A DNA stretch of 64,000 bases from assembly GCA_041946735.1 (NCBI GenBank), contig JBHGAY010000024.1, positions 6,114 to 70,113 on the forward strand, in the 5' to 3' direction. Made by a program: the position numbers and the translations under genes. This document shows positions 28,882-39,001 of the stretch, one piece after another. Source of the stretch: Candidatus Eiseniibacteriota bacterium. GTDB taxonomy: Bacteria > Eisenbacteria > RBG-16-71-46 > CAIMUX01 > VGJL01. The notes below the pieces were generated by a model. It made no database searches, was not told the DNA's origin, and saw only the letters and a program-made list of their open reading frames with translations. Numbering within the stretch: the stretch's first letter is position 1; each line of letters begins with the position of its first letter.

Positions 28882-31851
28882 GTGCCGCGCGCCGGTTCGC
28901 TCCGCCGCAAACGATCCGACGTTCGACACGGCCGGCCGATCGCAAGGGAACCTCGCAGGCGCCGCAGGCGTCGAGAGGACCAGGTCGAGAGGACCGGGGC
29001 GAGAGAACTGGAAGGAGACGAGCGAAGGTTGGCTCTGGAGACGTATCGCAAGAAGAGGGACTTCCGCCGGACGCCCGAGCCTCGCGGCACCGTCCGTCGC
29101 CCGCGCGGTTCGCTCCTCTTCGTCATCCAGAAGCACGCGGCCCGCCGGCTCCACTACGATTTCCGTCTCGAGATGCACGGAGTGCTGAAGAGCTGGGCCG
29201 TTCCCAAGGGACCGAGCTACGACCCGAACGAGAAGCGCCTCGCTGTCCACGTCGAGGACCACCCGATCGAGTACGGCGACTTCGAGGGGATCATCCCGAA
29301 GGGGGAGTACGGAGGCGGCACCGTCCTCCTCTGGGACCGAGGAACGTGGACGCCGCTGGGCGACCCCGAGGAAGGCTACCGCGCGGGGAAGTTCGCCTTC
29401 ACGTTGCACGGCGAGAAGCTGCAGGGCGACTGGGCCCTCGTCCGCATGAAGGGCCGCGACGACGAGCCGGGCAAGGAGAACTGGCTCCTCATCAAGGAGA
29501 AGGACGACCGGGTGATCCCGCAGTCCGAGTGGGACGTCACCGCAGAGCGCCCCGAAAGCGTTGCGACCGGACGCAGCATGGAGCAGATCGCGGCGGACGC
29601 CGACCGCGTGTGGGACAGCCAGACCGGCGAGCGCGAGCCGGAGCCTGCCGGCAAGCGGCGCGCCGCGGCGCCGCCAAAGACCCCCGCGCGCGCCACGGCC
29701 GGGCGAGATGCCGCCGCTCGCGCCGCGGCCAAGCCGCGCGCCGCGAAACAGGCCGAGCGCAAGACGGTGCACGCGAAGGGCGACTTTCGCCTCCCCGTCC
29801 CCGAGCCGACGGCGATCCCCGGCGCGCGACGCGCCGCGCTCCCCGCCTTCGTCGAACCGGCGCTCGCGACCCTCGCGAAGGAGGCCCCGCAGGGATCGGA
29901 CTGGCTCCACGAGATCAAGTTCGACGGCTACCGGATCCTCTGCCGCATCGACGGCGGGCAGGTCCGCCTGTTCTCGCGCAACCGTCACGACTGGACTTCG
30001 CGCCTCCCGTCCGTCGTCCGGGCGGCGGCGGATCTGCCGGCGCGCAGCGCGATCCTCGACGGAGAGGTGGTGATCCTGCGTCCCGACGGCACGACCTCCT
30101 TCCAGGACTTGCAGAACGCGATCGCCGAGGGAGGCCGCGGCGCGTCGATCCTTTACTACGCGTTCGACCTGATCCACCTGGACGGCTACGACCTGCGCGC
30201 GGTCCCCCTGGTCGAGCGCAAGGAGGCGCTCGCCGGCCTCGTCAGCCGCCGCGAGGGCGGCCAGGGGACGATCCGCTTCAGCGACCACATCCAGGGACGG
30301 AGCGAGGAGTTCTTCCGCCACGCCTGCCGCTATTCGCTCGAAGGGATCGTCTCGAAGCGGGCTGACTCCCCCTATCGATCCGGGCGCAGCAAAGACTGGC
30401 TGAAGATCAAGTGCGTCCAACGGCAGGAGTTCGTCATCGCCGGCTACACCCGTCCCGAGGGAAGCCGCGAGGGGTTCGGCGCGCTGCTGCTCGGCGTCCA
30501 CGACCGGCAGGGACGCCTCCACTATGCGGGGCGCGTCGGCACCGGCTTCACCGACGCGACGCTCAGCGACCTGATGCGCCGCATGCGCCCGCTCGTGACC
30601 GCTTCCCCCGCCTTCGTCGACCCGCCTCGGGGGGCCGCCGCGCGTGGCTCCACCTGGCTCCGCCCGTCGCTCGTCGGCGAGGTCGAGTTCACCGAGTGGA
30701 CGAGGGACGGACAGCTCCGCCATCCCTCCTTCAAGGGATTGCGCGAGGATCGCGACCCGAAGGAGGTCGTCCGCGAGGAGATCGGCCTCCCGGTCGAGGT
30801 CGGAGGCGACGAAGCGGAGCCGGAGGAGCCGGCGCAGCCGGGCCATAAGGCGAAGGCGCCCGCAGCCGCGCGCGCGCGTGCCGGTGCCCGCCGCGCTCGC
30901 GTTCCCGCTCCCGCGAAGGCTCCCGCCGCTTCCGGCGCAACAACCCCTCCGTCCGACCCGGTCGTCGCCGGCGTCCGCATCACGCATCCGGATCGCATCC
31001 TCTGGCCGGAGCAGGGAATCGAGAAGATCACGCTCGCGCGCTACTACGAGACGGTCGCCGGCTGGATGCTTCCCCACCTCGCCAACCGGCCGATCATGCT
31101 GCGCCGCTGTCCCGAGGGCCGTCACCGCGCCTGCTTCTACCAGAAGCACGCGACCGACGGCACGCCCGAGGCGATCGGCCGCGTCGAGATCCGGGAGCAG
31201 GACGGCGTCGACACCTCGCTCTACATCGACGATGCCGCCGGCCTGCTCTCCGCGATCCAGCTCGGCTCCCTCGAGATCCACCATTGGACCGCGCGCATCG
31301 ACAAGATCGAGCAGCCGGACCAGATGATCCTCGACCTCGATCCGGACCCGAGCGTCGTATGGCCCCGCGTCGTCGAGGCGGCGCACCTGCTGCGCGTCCG
31401 CCTCGAGGACCTCGGCCTCCGCTCCTTCCCGAAGACGACGGGCGGCAAGGGCCTGCACGTCGTCGTCCCGCTGGCCCGCCGTCACGGTTGGGACGAAGTG
31501 AAGTCGTTCTCGCGCGCCGTGGCCCAGTCGATCGTCGCGCTCGATCCCACCCGCTTCACCGCCACGGTCTCGAAGCGCGCGCGGGGCGGGAAGATCTACA
31601 TCGACTACCTCCGCAACGCGCGCGGGGCGACGGCGATCGCCCCCTACTCGACACGGGTCCACCCGGCGGCGCCGGTCGCCACGCCGCTCGCGTGGGACGA
31701 GGTCCGAGAGGAGATCCGCTCCGACACGTTCCACATCGGCAACGTCCCCGACCGGCTTCGCCGCCTCCGGAAGGATCCCTGGGAGGACATCGGCAAGCTC
31801 CGCCAGTCGATCACCGCGCCGATGCAGCGCAAGCTCCTCGGGCGAGGCTGA
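28882..31851 (+). CDS. ligD: multidomain ATP-dependent DNA ligase LigD (phosphoesterase - ligase - polymerase/primase order)
   Basis: PE domain (KRDFRRTPEP...FVIQKHAARRLHYDFRLE). Ligase (EIKFDGYRIL with the KxDG adenylation Lys, then SLEGIVSKRADSPY). Pol/primase (ITHPDRILWP...GGKGLHVVVPL). The true start is probably downstream of the track GTG, near a TTG at about 29029 just before LALETYRKKRDF. Confidence 0.8.
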   Translation: MPRAGSLRRKRSDVRHGRPIAREPRRRRRRREDQVERTGARELEGDERRLALETYRKKRDFRRTPEPRGTVRRPRGSLLFVIQKHAARRLHYDFRLEMHGVLKSWAVPKGPSYDPNEKRLAVHVEDHPIEYGDFEGIIPKGEYGGGTVLLWDRGTWTPLGDPEEGYRAGKFAFTLHGEKLQGDWALVRMKGRDDEPGKENWLLIKEKDDRVIPQSEWDVTAERPESVATGRSMEQIAADADRVWDSQTGEREPEPAGKRRAAAPPKTPARATAGRDAAARAAAKPRAAKQAERKTVHAKGDFRLPVPEPTAIPGARRAALPAFVEPALATLAKEAPQGSDWLHEIKFDGYRILCRIDGGQVRLFSRNRHDWTSRLPSVVRAAADLPARSAILDGEVVILRPDGTTSFQDLQNAIAEGGRGASILYYAFDLIHLDGYDLRAVPLVERKEALAGLVSRREGGQGTIRFSDHIQGRSEEFFRHACRYSLEGIVSKRADSPYRSGRSKDWLKIKCVQRQEFVIAGYTRPEGSREGFGALLLGVHDRQGRLHYAGRVGTGFTDATLSDLMRRMRPLVTASPAFVDPPRGAAARGSTWLRPSLVGEVEFTEWTRDGQLRHPSFKGLREDRDPKEVVREEIGLPVEVGGDEAEPEEPAQPGHKAKAPAAARARAGARRARVPAPAKAPAASGATTPPSDPVVAGVRITHPDRILWPEQGIEKITLARYYETVAGWMLPHLANRPIMLRRCPEGRHRACFYQKHATDGTPEAIGRVEIREQDGVDTSLYIDDAAGLLSAIQLGSLEIHHWTARIDKIEQPDQMILDLDPDPSVVWPRVVEAAHLLRVRLEDLGLRSFPKTTGGKGLHVVVPLARRHGWDEVKSFSRAVAQSIVALDPTRFTATVSKRARGGKIYIDYLRNARGATAIAPYSTRVHPAAPVATPLAWDEVREEIRSDTFHIGNVPDRLRRLRKDPWEDIGKLRQSITAPMQRKLLGRG

Positions 31852-32205
31852 TCCTCCCGAAGGCAGGCGGAATCCGCTGCCTCTCGTGCGCGCAGGGCCG
31901 GCGGCTCACCGCCGCCTCGCTGATCCTCTGGAGAAGCGGAAGTTCTGCTACGCGCGTGCGGCCCTCCTCGGGGGACGGACGGCCGCACGATCCTGCTTCC
32001 CCTCGCCTGCGCCAGCCCCTACTCTTCGATGCGAATCGGCAACTCCCCGAGCGCCGGTGACGAATGGGACGCCGCAGGCGGCCGACCGGCCGAATCGCCG
32101 CCCGCAGGGCCGACGGTCCATCCGAGAAGCGAAGGCGAACGGGGCAGAGAGGTGGGAACCGGCCGCGCAGACCGCGCCGCCGGTGAAGATGGGAGGACGT
32201 CAAAG

Positions 32206-32730
32206 ATGAAGATCGTGAGGTCGCTGGCCCTGATCGGCGCGCTCGCGCTCCTGGCGCTCGCCGTCGCGGTCGTGCAGAACGGGCAGGCCCAGCAGCAGGC
32301 GGACGCGCACAAGTTCATCGGCACCGAGCAGTGCAAGATGTGCCACAAGAACATCTACGACACCTGGCTCACAACGGACCACGCGAAGGCATTCGACATC
32401 CTCCCGAAGGAGTCGCAGGCGAACATGACCTGCCTCGGCTGCCACGCGACCGGCGCGGGCAAGGCGGGCGGCTACGATCCGAAGGCCGAGAAGAACCTCG
32501 GCCTGACCGGGGTGGGCTGCGAGGTCTGCCACGGCGCCGCGAGCGACTACAAGATGGTCCACATGAAGGACAAGGCGAAGGCGGCCACGCTCGGGATGGT
32601 CGTCCAGCCGACGGCCGACAACTGCAAGCTGTGCCATGCCGGCAAGGTGCCGGAGGGACACAAGCCGCTCCCGCCGTTCGACTTCACGAAGGCTTGGCTG
32701 AAGATCGAGCACCATCTGCCGAAGAAGTAG
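32206..32730 (+). CDS. tetraheme c-type cytochrome (secreted)
   Basis: From Met60 (GGGAGGA Shine-Dalgarno): signal peptide MKIVRSLALIGALALLALAVA and four CxxCH motifs (CKMCH, CLGCH, CEVCH, CKLCH). Confidence 0.8.
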   Translation: MKIVRSLALIGALALLALAVAVVQNGQAQQQADAHKFIGTEQCKMCHKNIYDTWLTTDHAKAFDILPKESQANMTCLGCHATGAGKAGGYDPKAEKNLGLTGVGCEVCHGAASDYKMVHMKDKAKAATLGMVVQPTADNCKLCHAGKVPEGHKPLPPFDFTKAWLKIEHHLPKK

Positions 32731-32760
32731 AGCCGGAGAGCGCGATCCGATTCGAGGAAC

Positions 32761-32788
32761 GGGAGGCGAGTTCTCGCCTCCCGTTTCG
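32761..32788 (+). terminator. hairpin terminator candidate after the cytochrome gene
   Basis: GGGAGGCGAG-ttct-CGCCTCCC followed by GTTTCG, about 30 nt after the stop codon. Confidence 0.45.
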
Positions 32789-32794
32789 CTTGCC

Positions 32795-32950
32795 CGCGCG
32801 TTCGCCCCGCGATCCGCTCGCGACGTCCGCAATCCGCTCGAGACGCCTGCGATCTGCTCCCCGGCGCCCCGCGATCCGCTCGCGGCGCCTCCCTCGCTCC
32901 GCTGAGCCCGCGATCAGCTCGCGGCCCCTCCCCCGCTCCGCGGCGCGGTG
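32795..32950. repeat. degenerate ~20-nt tandem repeat (CCGCGATCCGCTCGCGRCG-like) x ~7
   Basis: Read directly between the convergent cytochrome and ferritin genes. It overlaps the last ~12 codons of the ferritin ORF. Confidence 0.4.
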
Positions 32951-33444
32951 GCCCGGCGCGCCATCTTTCCGATCTCCTTGTCGACCAGGAACAGCCCGCG
33001 TCCCTCGAGCCCGGCCACGCGCATCATGTCGAGGATCGACTGGAACAGCTTCTCCTCCTCGTGCTGCTCAGCGACGTACCACTGGAGGAAATGGAAGGTC
33101 GAGTAGTCCTTCTCGCCCAAGCAGAGGTCGACGACGCGATTGATCTGCGCCGTCACCTTCCTCTCGTGCTCGAGGGTGCGCTCGAAGACATCCTGGAGCG
33201 ACTCGAACTTCGCCGGCGGCTCGGCGACAGCCGCGACCCGCCCGTGTCCGCCGGCGTCGTTCACGTAGTGGAGCAGCCGCATCATGTGCTCGCGCTCCTC
33301 CTCCGCGTGCGCGAAGAGGAAGGAGGCGGAGCCGGGAAGCCCGCCGTTCGCGCACCAGGAGGCGAGGGCGAGGTAGTAGTGAGCGGCGTAGTCCTCGTCC
33401 CGGATCTGATCGTTCAACGCCTTCTCGATCTTCGCGCTGAGCAT
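32914..33444 (-). CDS. ftn: ferritin (non-heme, FtnA-like)
   Basis: C-terminal 176 aa of the track ORF: MLSAKIEKALNDQIRDEDYAAHYYLALASWC...AHAEEEREHMMRLLHYV...FLQWYVAEQHEEEKLF, ferroxidase-centre residues conserved. AAGGAGAGA Shine-Dalgarno. The upstream 350 aa of the track ORF are spurious. Confidence 0.85.
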   Translation of the reverse strand: MLSAKIEKALNDQIRDEDYAAHYYLALASWCANGGLPGSASFLFAHAEEEREHMMRLLHYVNDAGGHGRVAAVAEPPAKFESLQDVFERTLEHERKVTAQINRVVDLCLGEKDYSTFHFLQWYVAEQHEEEKLFQSILDMMRVAGLEGRGLFLVDKEIGKMARRATAPRSGGGAAS

Positions 33445-33524
33445 CGGTCTCTCCTTCTGTCGTGCGGCCGGTCCCGCCGGCGGTCGCGGCCCCGCCCCCG
33501 GGGCGCACGCTCGGCGCCGCCGAG

Positions 33525-33553
33525 CATAGCCGGTCGGCTCGCTTCCGGCTATG
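33525..33553. promoter_or_regulatory. perfect 9-bp inverted repeat CATAGCCGG-N11-CCGGCTATG about 80 bp upstream of the ferritin start; candidate operator
   Basis: Read directly from the sequence. Flanked by a GC-rich direct repeat GCCCGCCGCSCGACACSGCCCGCC x2. Confidence 0.3.
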
Positions 33554-33686
33554 GAGCAGCCCCGGGTTCGTCGCCCGGCATCGCCCGCCGCGCGACACGG
33601 CCCGCCCGCCGCCCGACACCGCCCGCCCGCCGCGCCAGCGCCACCCGCCCCTGCCCGCGCCGCGCACGTCGCGCCGCGCCCCGCGT

Positions 33687-34889
33687 CTACTCCGCCGCCA
33701 AGGCCTCCACCGGATCGAGGGAGGCCGCCCGGCGCGCCGGCAGGATCCCGCTCGCCAGCCCGACCACGAAGCTCACGCCGAGCGCGAGGAGCACGTAGAG
33801 GAGGGGCGTCCGCACGGGAAGCGCGGGAATCGCCGCGTGGATCAGCCGCGCGAGCCCGATGCCGGCGGCGAGCCCCAGAATCCCGCCGCCCGTCGAGAGG
33901 ACGAGCGCCTCGGCGAGGAAGAGCGCGAGGATCTGCCCCGGGGTGGCGCCGAGCGCCTTCTCGAGGCCGATCTCGGCGGTCCTCTCGTTGACCGAGATCC
34001 ACATCATCGTGAGGATGCCGATCGCGCCGACGAGCAGCGAGATCGCGCCGATTCCGACGACGGCGAGGCTCACGATCCGCAGGATGCGGTCGAGCGTCTC
34101 CAGCATCCCGGTCTGGGTCGTGATCGAGAAGTCCTCTTCCCCGTCGTGACGCTCCGCGAGCACCGCCTCGATCCGCGCCGAGACCGAGTCGACGACGGAG
34201 AGGTTCGAGAAGACGACGTCGATCTCGGTCAGTTCGTCCTTGTTGAAGAGCGGCATCGCGAGGGTCACCGGAATGTACGCAGCGTCGTCGATGTCGAAGC
34301 CGAGGAACTGCCCCTTCGGCTCCATCACTCCGATCACGCGGAATCTCTGCCCGCCGATCCGCACGTGCTCGCCGAGCGCGTTCTTCTCGCCGAACAGCTC
34401 GCGCTTGAGGGTCGGGCCGAGCACCGCCTCGGCGGATCCGCCGTACGCGCCGGCGTTGGGCAGGAAGCGGCCGACACGCACCGACATCCCCCATGCGGCC
34501 GCGGCGTCCCTCGTCGCGCCGTAGACGAAGACGCTGCGCGAACGCCCCGCGTACTCGACCGGCGCCGTCCCGACCGACGCCGGCACGACCGTCTGCACTC
34601 CCCGAACGCGGGTCACGGCTTCGGCGTCGCCGATCGTCAGGGGATGGACCGTCCCGCCGATCGCGGCCGGCACCCCCGTCGTCTCCGTCCTCCCCGGGTG
34701 GATGGCGGCGAGATTCGTCCCGAACTGCGTGAACTCCGACAGGATGTAGAGGCGCGTGCCCTCCCCGATCGACGTGAGCAGGATCACCGAGGCGATGCCG
34801 ATGAGGATTCCGAGCATCGTCAGGGCGGACCGTTGGCGGTGGCCGCGCACGGCGCGCAACGCCGAGCCGACGACGTCCTCGAAGATCAT
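33687..34889 (-). CDS. ABC transporter permease, FtsX/MacB family
   Basis: ALRAVRGHRQRSALTMLGILIGIASVI N-terminal TM helix, periplasmic domain, and C-terminal FtsX 4-TM bundle (ISLLVGAIGILTMMWISVNERTAEIG). Confidence 0.8.
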   Translation of the reverse strand: MIFEDVVGSALRAVRGHRQRSALTMLGILIGIASVILLTSIGEGTRLYILSEFTQFGTNLAAIHPGRTETTGVPAAIGGTVHPLTIGDAEAVTRVRGVQTVVPASVGTAPVEYAGRSRSVFVYGATRDAAAAWGMSVRVGRFLPNAGAYGGSAEAVLGPTLKRELFGEKNALGEHVRIGGQRFRVIGVMEPKGQFLGFDIDDAAYIPVTLAMPLFNKDELTEIDVVFSNLSVVDSVSARIEAVLAERHDGEEDFSITTQTGMLETLDRILRIVSLAVVGIGAISLLVGAIGILTMMWISVNERTAEIGLEKALGATPGQILALFLAEALVLSTGGGILGLAAGIGLARLIHAAIPALPVRTPLLYVLLALGVSFVVGLASGILPARRAASLDPVEALAAE

Positions 34890-36091
34890 CCCCGCCTCCG
34901 CATCAGGGCCTGGATCGGATCGAGACGCGCTGCGCGCCGGGCCGGCAGGATCCCGAACGCGAGCCCGACCGAAGTCGAGACGGCGAGCGCGGCGACGACC
35001 GCCCAGACGGGGGGACGCGCCGGAAAGTCCGGGAAGAAGCCCTGGAAGATCCGGCCCCCGAGGATGCCGATCGCGAGGCCGAGGATCCCGCCCGCGGTCG
35101 AGAGGATCGACGCCTCGAGCAGGAACACGGCGACGATCTGGCGGGAGCCGACGCCGACCGCCTTCAGCAGTCCGATCTCGCGGGTGCGCTCGGAGACCGA
35201 GACGAGCATCACGTTCATGATCCCGATTCCCGCCACCGAGAGCGAGATCGCGGCGATCCCGGCGAGAGCGGCGGTGAGCATCCCGAGGATCTTCTGGAAC
35301 GTCGAGAGGACCGCATCCTGCGTGAGCGTCGTGAAGTCCTCCTCGCCGTCGTGGCGCTGCTTCAGGATCTCGATCGCACGCTCCCGCGCCGGCTCGATCG
35401 CCGGCGCGCTTCGCAGCTCGATCAGCACACGGAAGAGGCTCCGGGCGTTGAGCAGACGCATGCCGGTCTCGATCGGGATGTGGACGGTCTCGTCCACGTC
35501 CATGCCGATCGAGGTGCCTCGCGGCGCGAGCACGCCGATGACGCGGAAGTTCGTGTCGCCGATCCGCACCTTCTCGCCCAGCGGATTGCGATGGCCGAAC
35601 AGCTCCTGCTGCACCTTGGCTCCCAGGACGGCGAACGGCGCGTCGCGCGTGCCCGGCGGGAAGTAGCGACCGATCCGCACCGACAGCTTGCGCACCTCGC
35701 GCATGTCGTCGGTCGTCCCAAGCACCATGATGTCTCGGCTCCGGTCGCCGACGCTCGCCGCGGCGCTGCCGACGACGAGCGGAGCGGCGCGCACGATCTC
35801 CGGCATCTGGCGCTCGAGCGCGCCGACGTCCTCGAGGGTCAGGTCGTGCGGCGCGGTGTTGACGACCGGCGCTCCGCCCTGCGTCTCCGTCTTGCCGGGC
35901 AGGAGAATCAGGAGGTTCGAGCCGAGCGACGCGAACTCACCGGTCACGTAGAGCCGCGCCCCTTCTCCGAGGCTCGTCAGGAGGACCACCGAGCCGACGC
36001 CGATCGCCACGCCGAGCAGCGAGAGGAAGCTCCGGAGGCGATGCCCGCGCAGCGCGCGCAGCGCGTAGCGCGCGAGATCGCGCGCCCTCAC
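34886..36091 (-). CDS. ABC transporter permease, FtsX/MacB family (second copy)
   Basis: Paralogous to the previous permease from [35 protein letters not shown] start overlapping the ATPase stop (GTGA). The upstream 200 aa of the track ORF are Arg/Gly filler. Confidence 0.7.
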   Translation of the reverse strand: MRARDLARYALRALRGHRLRSFLSLLGVAIGVGSVVLLTSLGEGARLYVTGEFASLGSNLLILLPGKTETQGGAPVVNTAPHDLTLEDVGALERQMPEIVRAAPLVVGSAAASVGDRSRDIMVLGTTDDMREVRKLSVRIGRYFPPGTRDAPFAVLGAKVQQELFGHRNPLGEKVRIGDTNFRVIGVLAPRGTSIGMDVDETVHIPIETGMRLLNARSLFRVLIELRSAPAIEPARERAIEILKQRHDGEEDFTTLTQDAVLSTFQKILGMLTAALAGIAAISLSVAGIGIMNVMLVSVSERTREIGLLKAVGVGSRQIVAVFLLEASILSTAGGILGLAIGILGGRIFQGFFPDFPARPPVWAVVAALAVSTSVGLAFGILPARRAARLDPIQALMRRRG

Positions 36092-36903
36092 GGCCGCTCC
36101 GTACCGGGCGCCGGAGACGCCGGCGGCGCCGGGAATGACGCCGGCGCCTGCTCCGGCGCCGGCGCCACCGCTCCGCTCCGCTGCCGTTCGTCGGCAACGA
36201 TCGCCCCGTCGCGCAGCCGGACGCCCCGAGCCGCCCGCGCTCCGATCGCCGGATCGTGCGTGACGATCACGAGCGTGAGCCCCGCCCGGTTGCGCTCCTC
36301 CAGGAGCCCGATGATCTCGCTCCCCGAGACGCTGTCGAGGTTGCCGGTCGGCTCGTCGGCCAGCAGGATCGCCGGCTCCATCACGACGGCGCGCGCGATC
36401 GCCACGCGTTGGCGCTCCCCACCGGAAAGCTGGTCCGGCCGGTGCTCCGCTCGCGGCGCGAGACCGACCGACTCGAGCGCCCGCGCCACGCGCCGCCGCC
36501 GATCGGCCGGCTCGACGCCGGCGAACATCATCGGCAGCTCGACGTTCTCCGCGGCCGTCAGGCGGGGCACCAGATGGAAGAACTGGAAGACGAAGCCGAT
36601 CTTCTCGCGGCGCACGAGCGACAGCTCGCGATCCGAAAGCTTCGACGTCTCCTGCCCGTCGAGACGGTAGGAGCCGGACGTCGGACGATCGAGGCATCCG
36701 ATGAGGTTCAGCAGCGTGGACTTTCCCGACCCGGAAGGTCCCATGATCGAGACGTACTCGCCGGCGCCGATCGAAAGGTCGACGCCGCGCAGCGCGAGCA
36801 CCGGGCGTCCGCCGACCTCGAAGGTCCGCGAGATTCCCGACAGCAGGATCATCGGCTCCGCCATCGCCCGCGCGCTCCGCTCGCTCACCTGACCCGCCGC
36901 CAC
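36088..36903 (-). CDS. ABC transporter ATP-binding protein (LolD/MacB-type)
   Basis: Walker [14 protein letters not shown]-loop, signature [14 protein letters not shown], Walker [13 protein letters not shown]. The start may be Met14 (36864) instead of the track start. Confidence 0.8.
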   Translation of the reverse strand: MAAGQVSERSARAMAEPMILLSGISRTFEVGGRPVLALRGVDLSIGAGEYVSIMGPSGSGKSTLLNLIGCLDRPTSGSYRLDGQETSKLSDRELSLVRREKIGFVFQFFHLVPRLTAAENVELPMMFAGVEPADRRRRVARALESVGLAPRAEHRPDQLSGGERQRVAIARAVVMEPAILLADEPTGNLDSVSGSEIIGLLEERNRAGLTLVIVTHDPAIGARAARGVRLRDGAIVADERQRSGAVAPAPEQAPASFPAPPASPAPGTERP

Positions 36904-36906
36904 CGC

Positions 36907-38139
36907 CTAGCGGCGGGCCGTCCGCTCCGCCACGGTGGCCCGCACTCCTGCCTTCACCTCCGGACGGTCCAGCGAGACGACGACCTCCTCCCCCTCGCGC
37001 AGCCCTCCCGTGATCTCGGCGTACTCCCAGTTGCGCAGTCCGATCCGGACGGGACGGCTCACCAGCCTGCCCTTCTCGACCACGAGCACGCGATCCCCCT
37101 CGAGGAGCGCGTAGGTCGGGATCCGCACGACGTCCTCCTGCGCCTCGAGAATCACTTCGACGTCGGCGGAGAGCCCCGGCACGAGATTCCGTGGAAGATC
37201 CTGCTGCGTGAACGTCGCCTCGACGGTCAGCGTGCGGTTCTGCTCCTGGCGCGTCTCGACGAACGAGGAGATGTAGGTCAGCACACCGGGGAACTCCTGC
37301 CCGCGAAAGGCGTCCATCGTGATCCGCACCGGCAGTCCCAGATGGACCTTCGCCACATCGGCCTCATCCAGCGGCGCGCTCACGTAGAGCGAATCGGGAT
37401 CAATCAGATCGACGACGGGCGGGATCATCACCCCGGGCGGCGAGGGGGTGATCCATTCGCCGACCTCGGTCGTCACGTCGAGGACGACCCCGTCGAAGGG
37501 GGCGCGAATCACCGTCTTGTCGAGGGCCGCCTGCGCCGCTTCGACCGACGCCTGCGCCTGGCGCGTCTGCTCCCGCGCCGCCTCGCACCCCGCCGTCGCG
37601 ACTTCCGCGTTCGTCCGCGCCTCCTCGAGGCGCTGGTCCGCGATCAACCCCTGCGTCGCGAGCTGCTCGGCCCGCTCGCCGTCACGCCGCGCCTGATCCG
37701 CCGACGCGCACGCCTGTTCCGCCGCAGCGCGCGCCGCCGCGCGCGATCGGTCCGCCTGCGCGAACTGCGCGCGATACTCGGTGTCGTCGATGCGAAGCAG
37801 CACGTCCCCCGCCCGCACCCGTTGCCCTTTGCGCACCGGGATCGCGGCGACCAGCCCAGACACGCCCGGACTCATCTGCGAGCGCCGGCGGGACTCGACG
37901 GTCCCCGCTCTCGTGTTCACCACCGTCGACTCGACGCGGCCGCGCTCAACCGTCGCCACCGTGACGGGCACCGGCTCCGGACGAAAGACCGTCCACCGGA
38001 GGATGAGGACGACGAGGACGATTCCACCGAGAATCAGAAGCCTGCGTGTCCAACGGCTCACGGGAACCTCGCGTTCGATTGGGTCCTTCGGGGATCCTAA
38101 CAGGGGGGCGCAGGGCCGCAAGGCGTGGCGCGGTCGCAT
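36907..38139 (-). CDS. HlyD-family membrane fusion protein (periplasmic adaptor)
   Basis: N-terminal TM helix LLILGGIVLVVLILRW, Ala/Gln-rich coiled coil, and beta-barrel/MPD domains (VIRAPFDGVVLDV...). Confidence 0.75.
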   Translation of the reverse strand: MRPRHALRPCAPLLGSPKDPIEREVPVSRWTRRLLILGGIVLVVLILRWTVFRPEPVPVTVATVERGRVESTVVNTRAGTVESRRRSQMSPGVSGLVAAIPVRKGQRVRAGDVLLRIDDTEYRAQFAQADRSRAAARAAAEQACASADQARRDGERAEQLATQGLIADQRLEEARTNAEVATAGCEAAREQTRQAQASVEAAQAALDKTVIRAPFDGVVLDVTTEVGEWITPSPPGVMIPPVVDLIDPDSLYVSAPLDEADVAKVHLGLPVRITMDAFRGQEFPGVLTYISSFVETRQEQNRTLTVEATFTQQDLPRNLVPGLSADVEVILEAQEDVVRIPTYALLEGDRVLVVEKGRLVSRPVRIGLRNWEYAEITGGLREGEEVVVSLDRPEVKAGVRATVAERTARR

Positions 38140-38221
38140 GCCGGGGCGCTCGCACCGCCGCCCGAGCTATCGCCCGAGCCGCCGCCCGAGCCGCCACCAT
38201 ATGCGCCGCGGCACGCGCGCT

Positions 38222-39001
38222 TCAGGGCAGAACCAGGGCCGCCGGTGGAGAGACGCGCAGGAGATCCCCGCCGGAGAGCGCCGCCACCCGGCAGAAGACG
38301 GTGGCGCCGGAGACGCCCAGACGCGCGAGACGCGCCGGGTCGAGAACCAGGCTCGTGTCCGCCGTCGTCGCCGGCCACGCGGTCTCGGCGAGCGAGTCGC
38401 CATAGAAGAGGATCCGGTAGGAGTCCGCTCCGCGTACGCTTCGCCAGGCAACGCGCACCGATCCACCGGCAATCCGCTCGAACGAAGGGGCCGGCGTGCT
38501 CGAATCGCCCGGCTCGCCGCGCAAGGCAGGCGTCGCCGGCGGGGCCGGAGAGCGCGGCTGTAGCAGCGAGCCGCCTCCCAGTTCGAGGAAGATCCCGATC
38601 ACGAGAAGCGCCGCGCCCGCGGCGAGCGCCGGCCGGAACGCGGGAACGAGAAGGCGGGCGAGCCGGCCGAGCGGCCCCGGCGGCCCCGGCGGCTCGGGCG
38701 GGCCGGACCGCCCCCGCCGGCCTGCTTCGCGCCCTTGCTCTGCGTCGCCGTCCGTCCATCCGCGCAGCGACTCCGTCACCGGCAGTCCCGCCTCCCGCCG
38801 GATCGCGCGGGACAAGCGCTCGGCCGCCTCGCGCGGCTCCGCCCCTTCCGGCACGGCCGCCGCGGGATCCAGGAAGAGCTGCAGGGAACGCCAGCGCGCC
38901 CGGCATCGCGGGCAGCCTTCGAAGTGCGCACGCGCCGGATCGGAAGCGGGAAGCCGATCGATCCGCTCGAGCGATTCGACCGGCGGGCAGATCTCGGTCA
39001 C
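38222..39001 (-). CDS. anti-sigma factor, zinc-finger (ZAS-like) N-terminus, single TM helix, periplasmic C-terminal domain
   Basis: From a GTG (GGAGG Shine-Dalgarno) giving VTEICPPVESLERIDRLPASDPARAHFEGCPRCRARW (C-x22-H-x3-C-x2-C). TM helix LAAGAALLVIGIFL. GTGA overlap with the sigma factor stop. Confidence 0.6.
   Translation of the reverse strand: MTEICPPVESLERIDRLPASDPARAHFEGCPRCRARWRSLQLFLDPAAAVPEGAEPREAAERLSRAIRREAGLPVTESLRGWTDGDAEQGREAGRRGRSGPPEPPGPPGPLGRLARLLVPAFRPALAAGAALLVIGIFLELGGGSLLQPRSPAPPATPALRGEPGDSSTPAPSFERIAGGSVRVAWRSVRGADSYRILFYGDSLAETAWPATTADTSLVLDPARLARLGVSGATVFCRVAALSGGDLLRVSPPAALVLP

Noticed and set aside
28670-28882. Sigma-54-type promoter (TTGGTAC-TTGCAC) upstream of ligD
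   Set aside because: The GG-to-GC spacing is about 7 nt instead of the canonical 10, so the match is coincidental.
36088-36903. Lipoprotein-release LolCDE assignment for the ATPase plus two permeases
   Set aside because: An MFP gene is co-encoded and coupled, which Lol systems lack. Kept as generic MacB/FtsX efflux.
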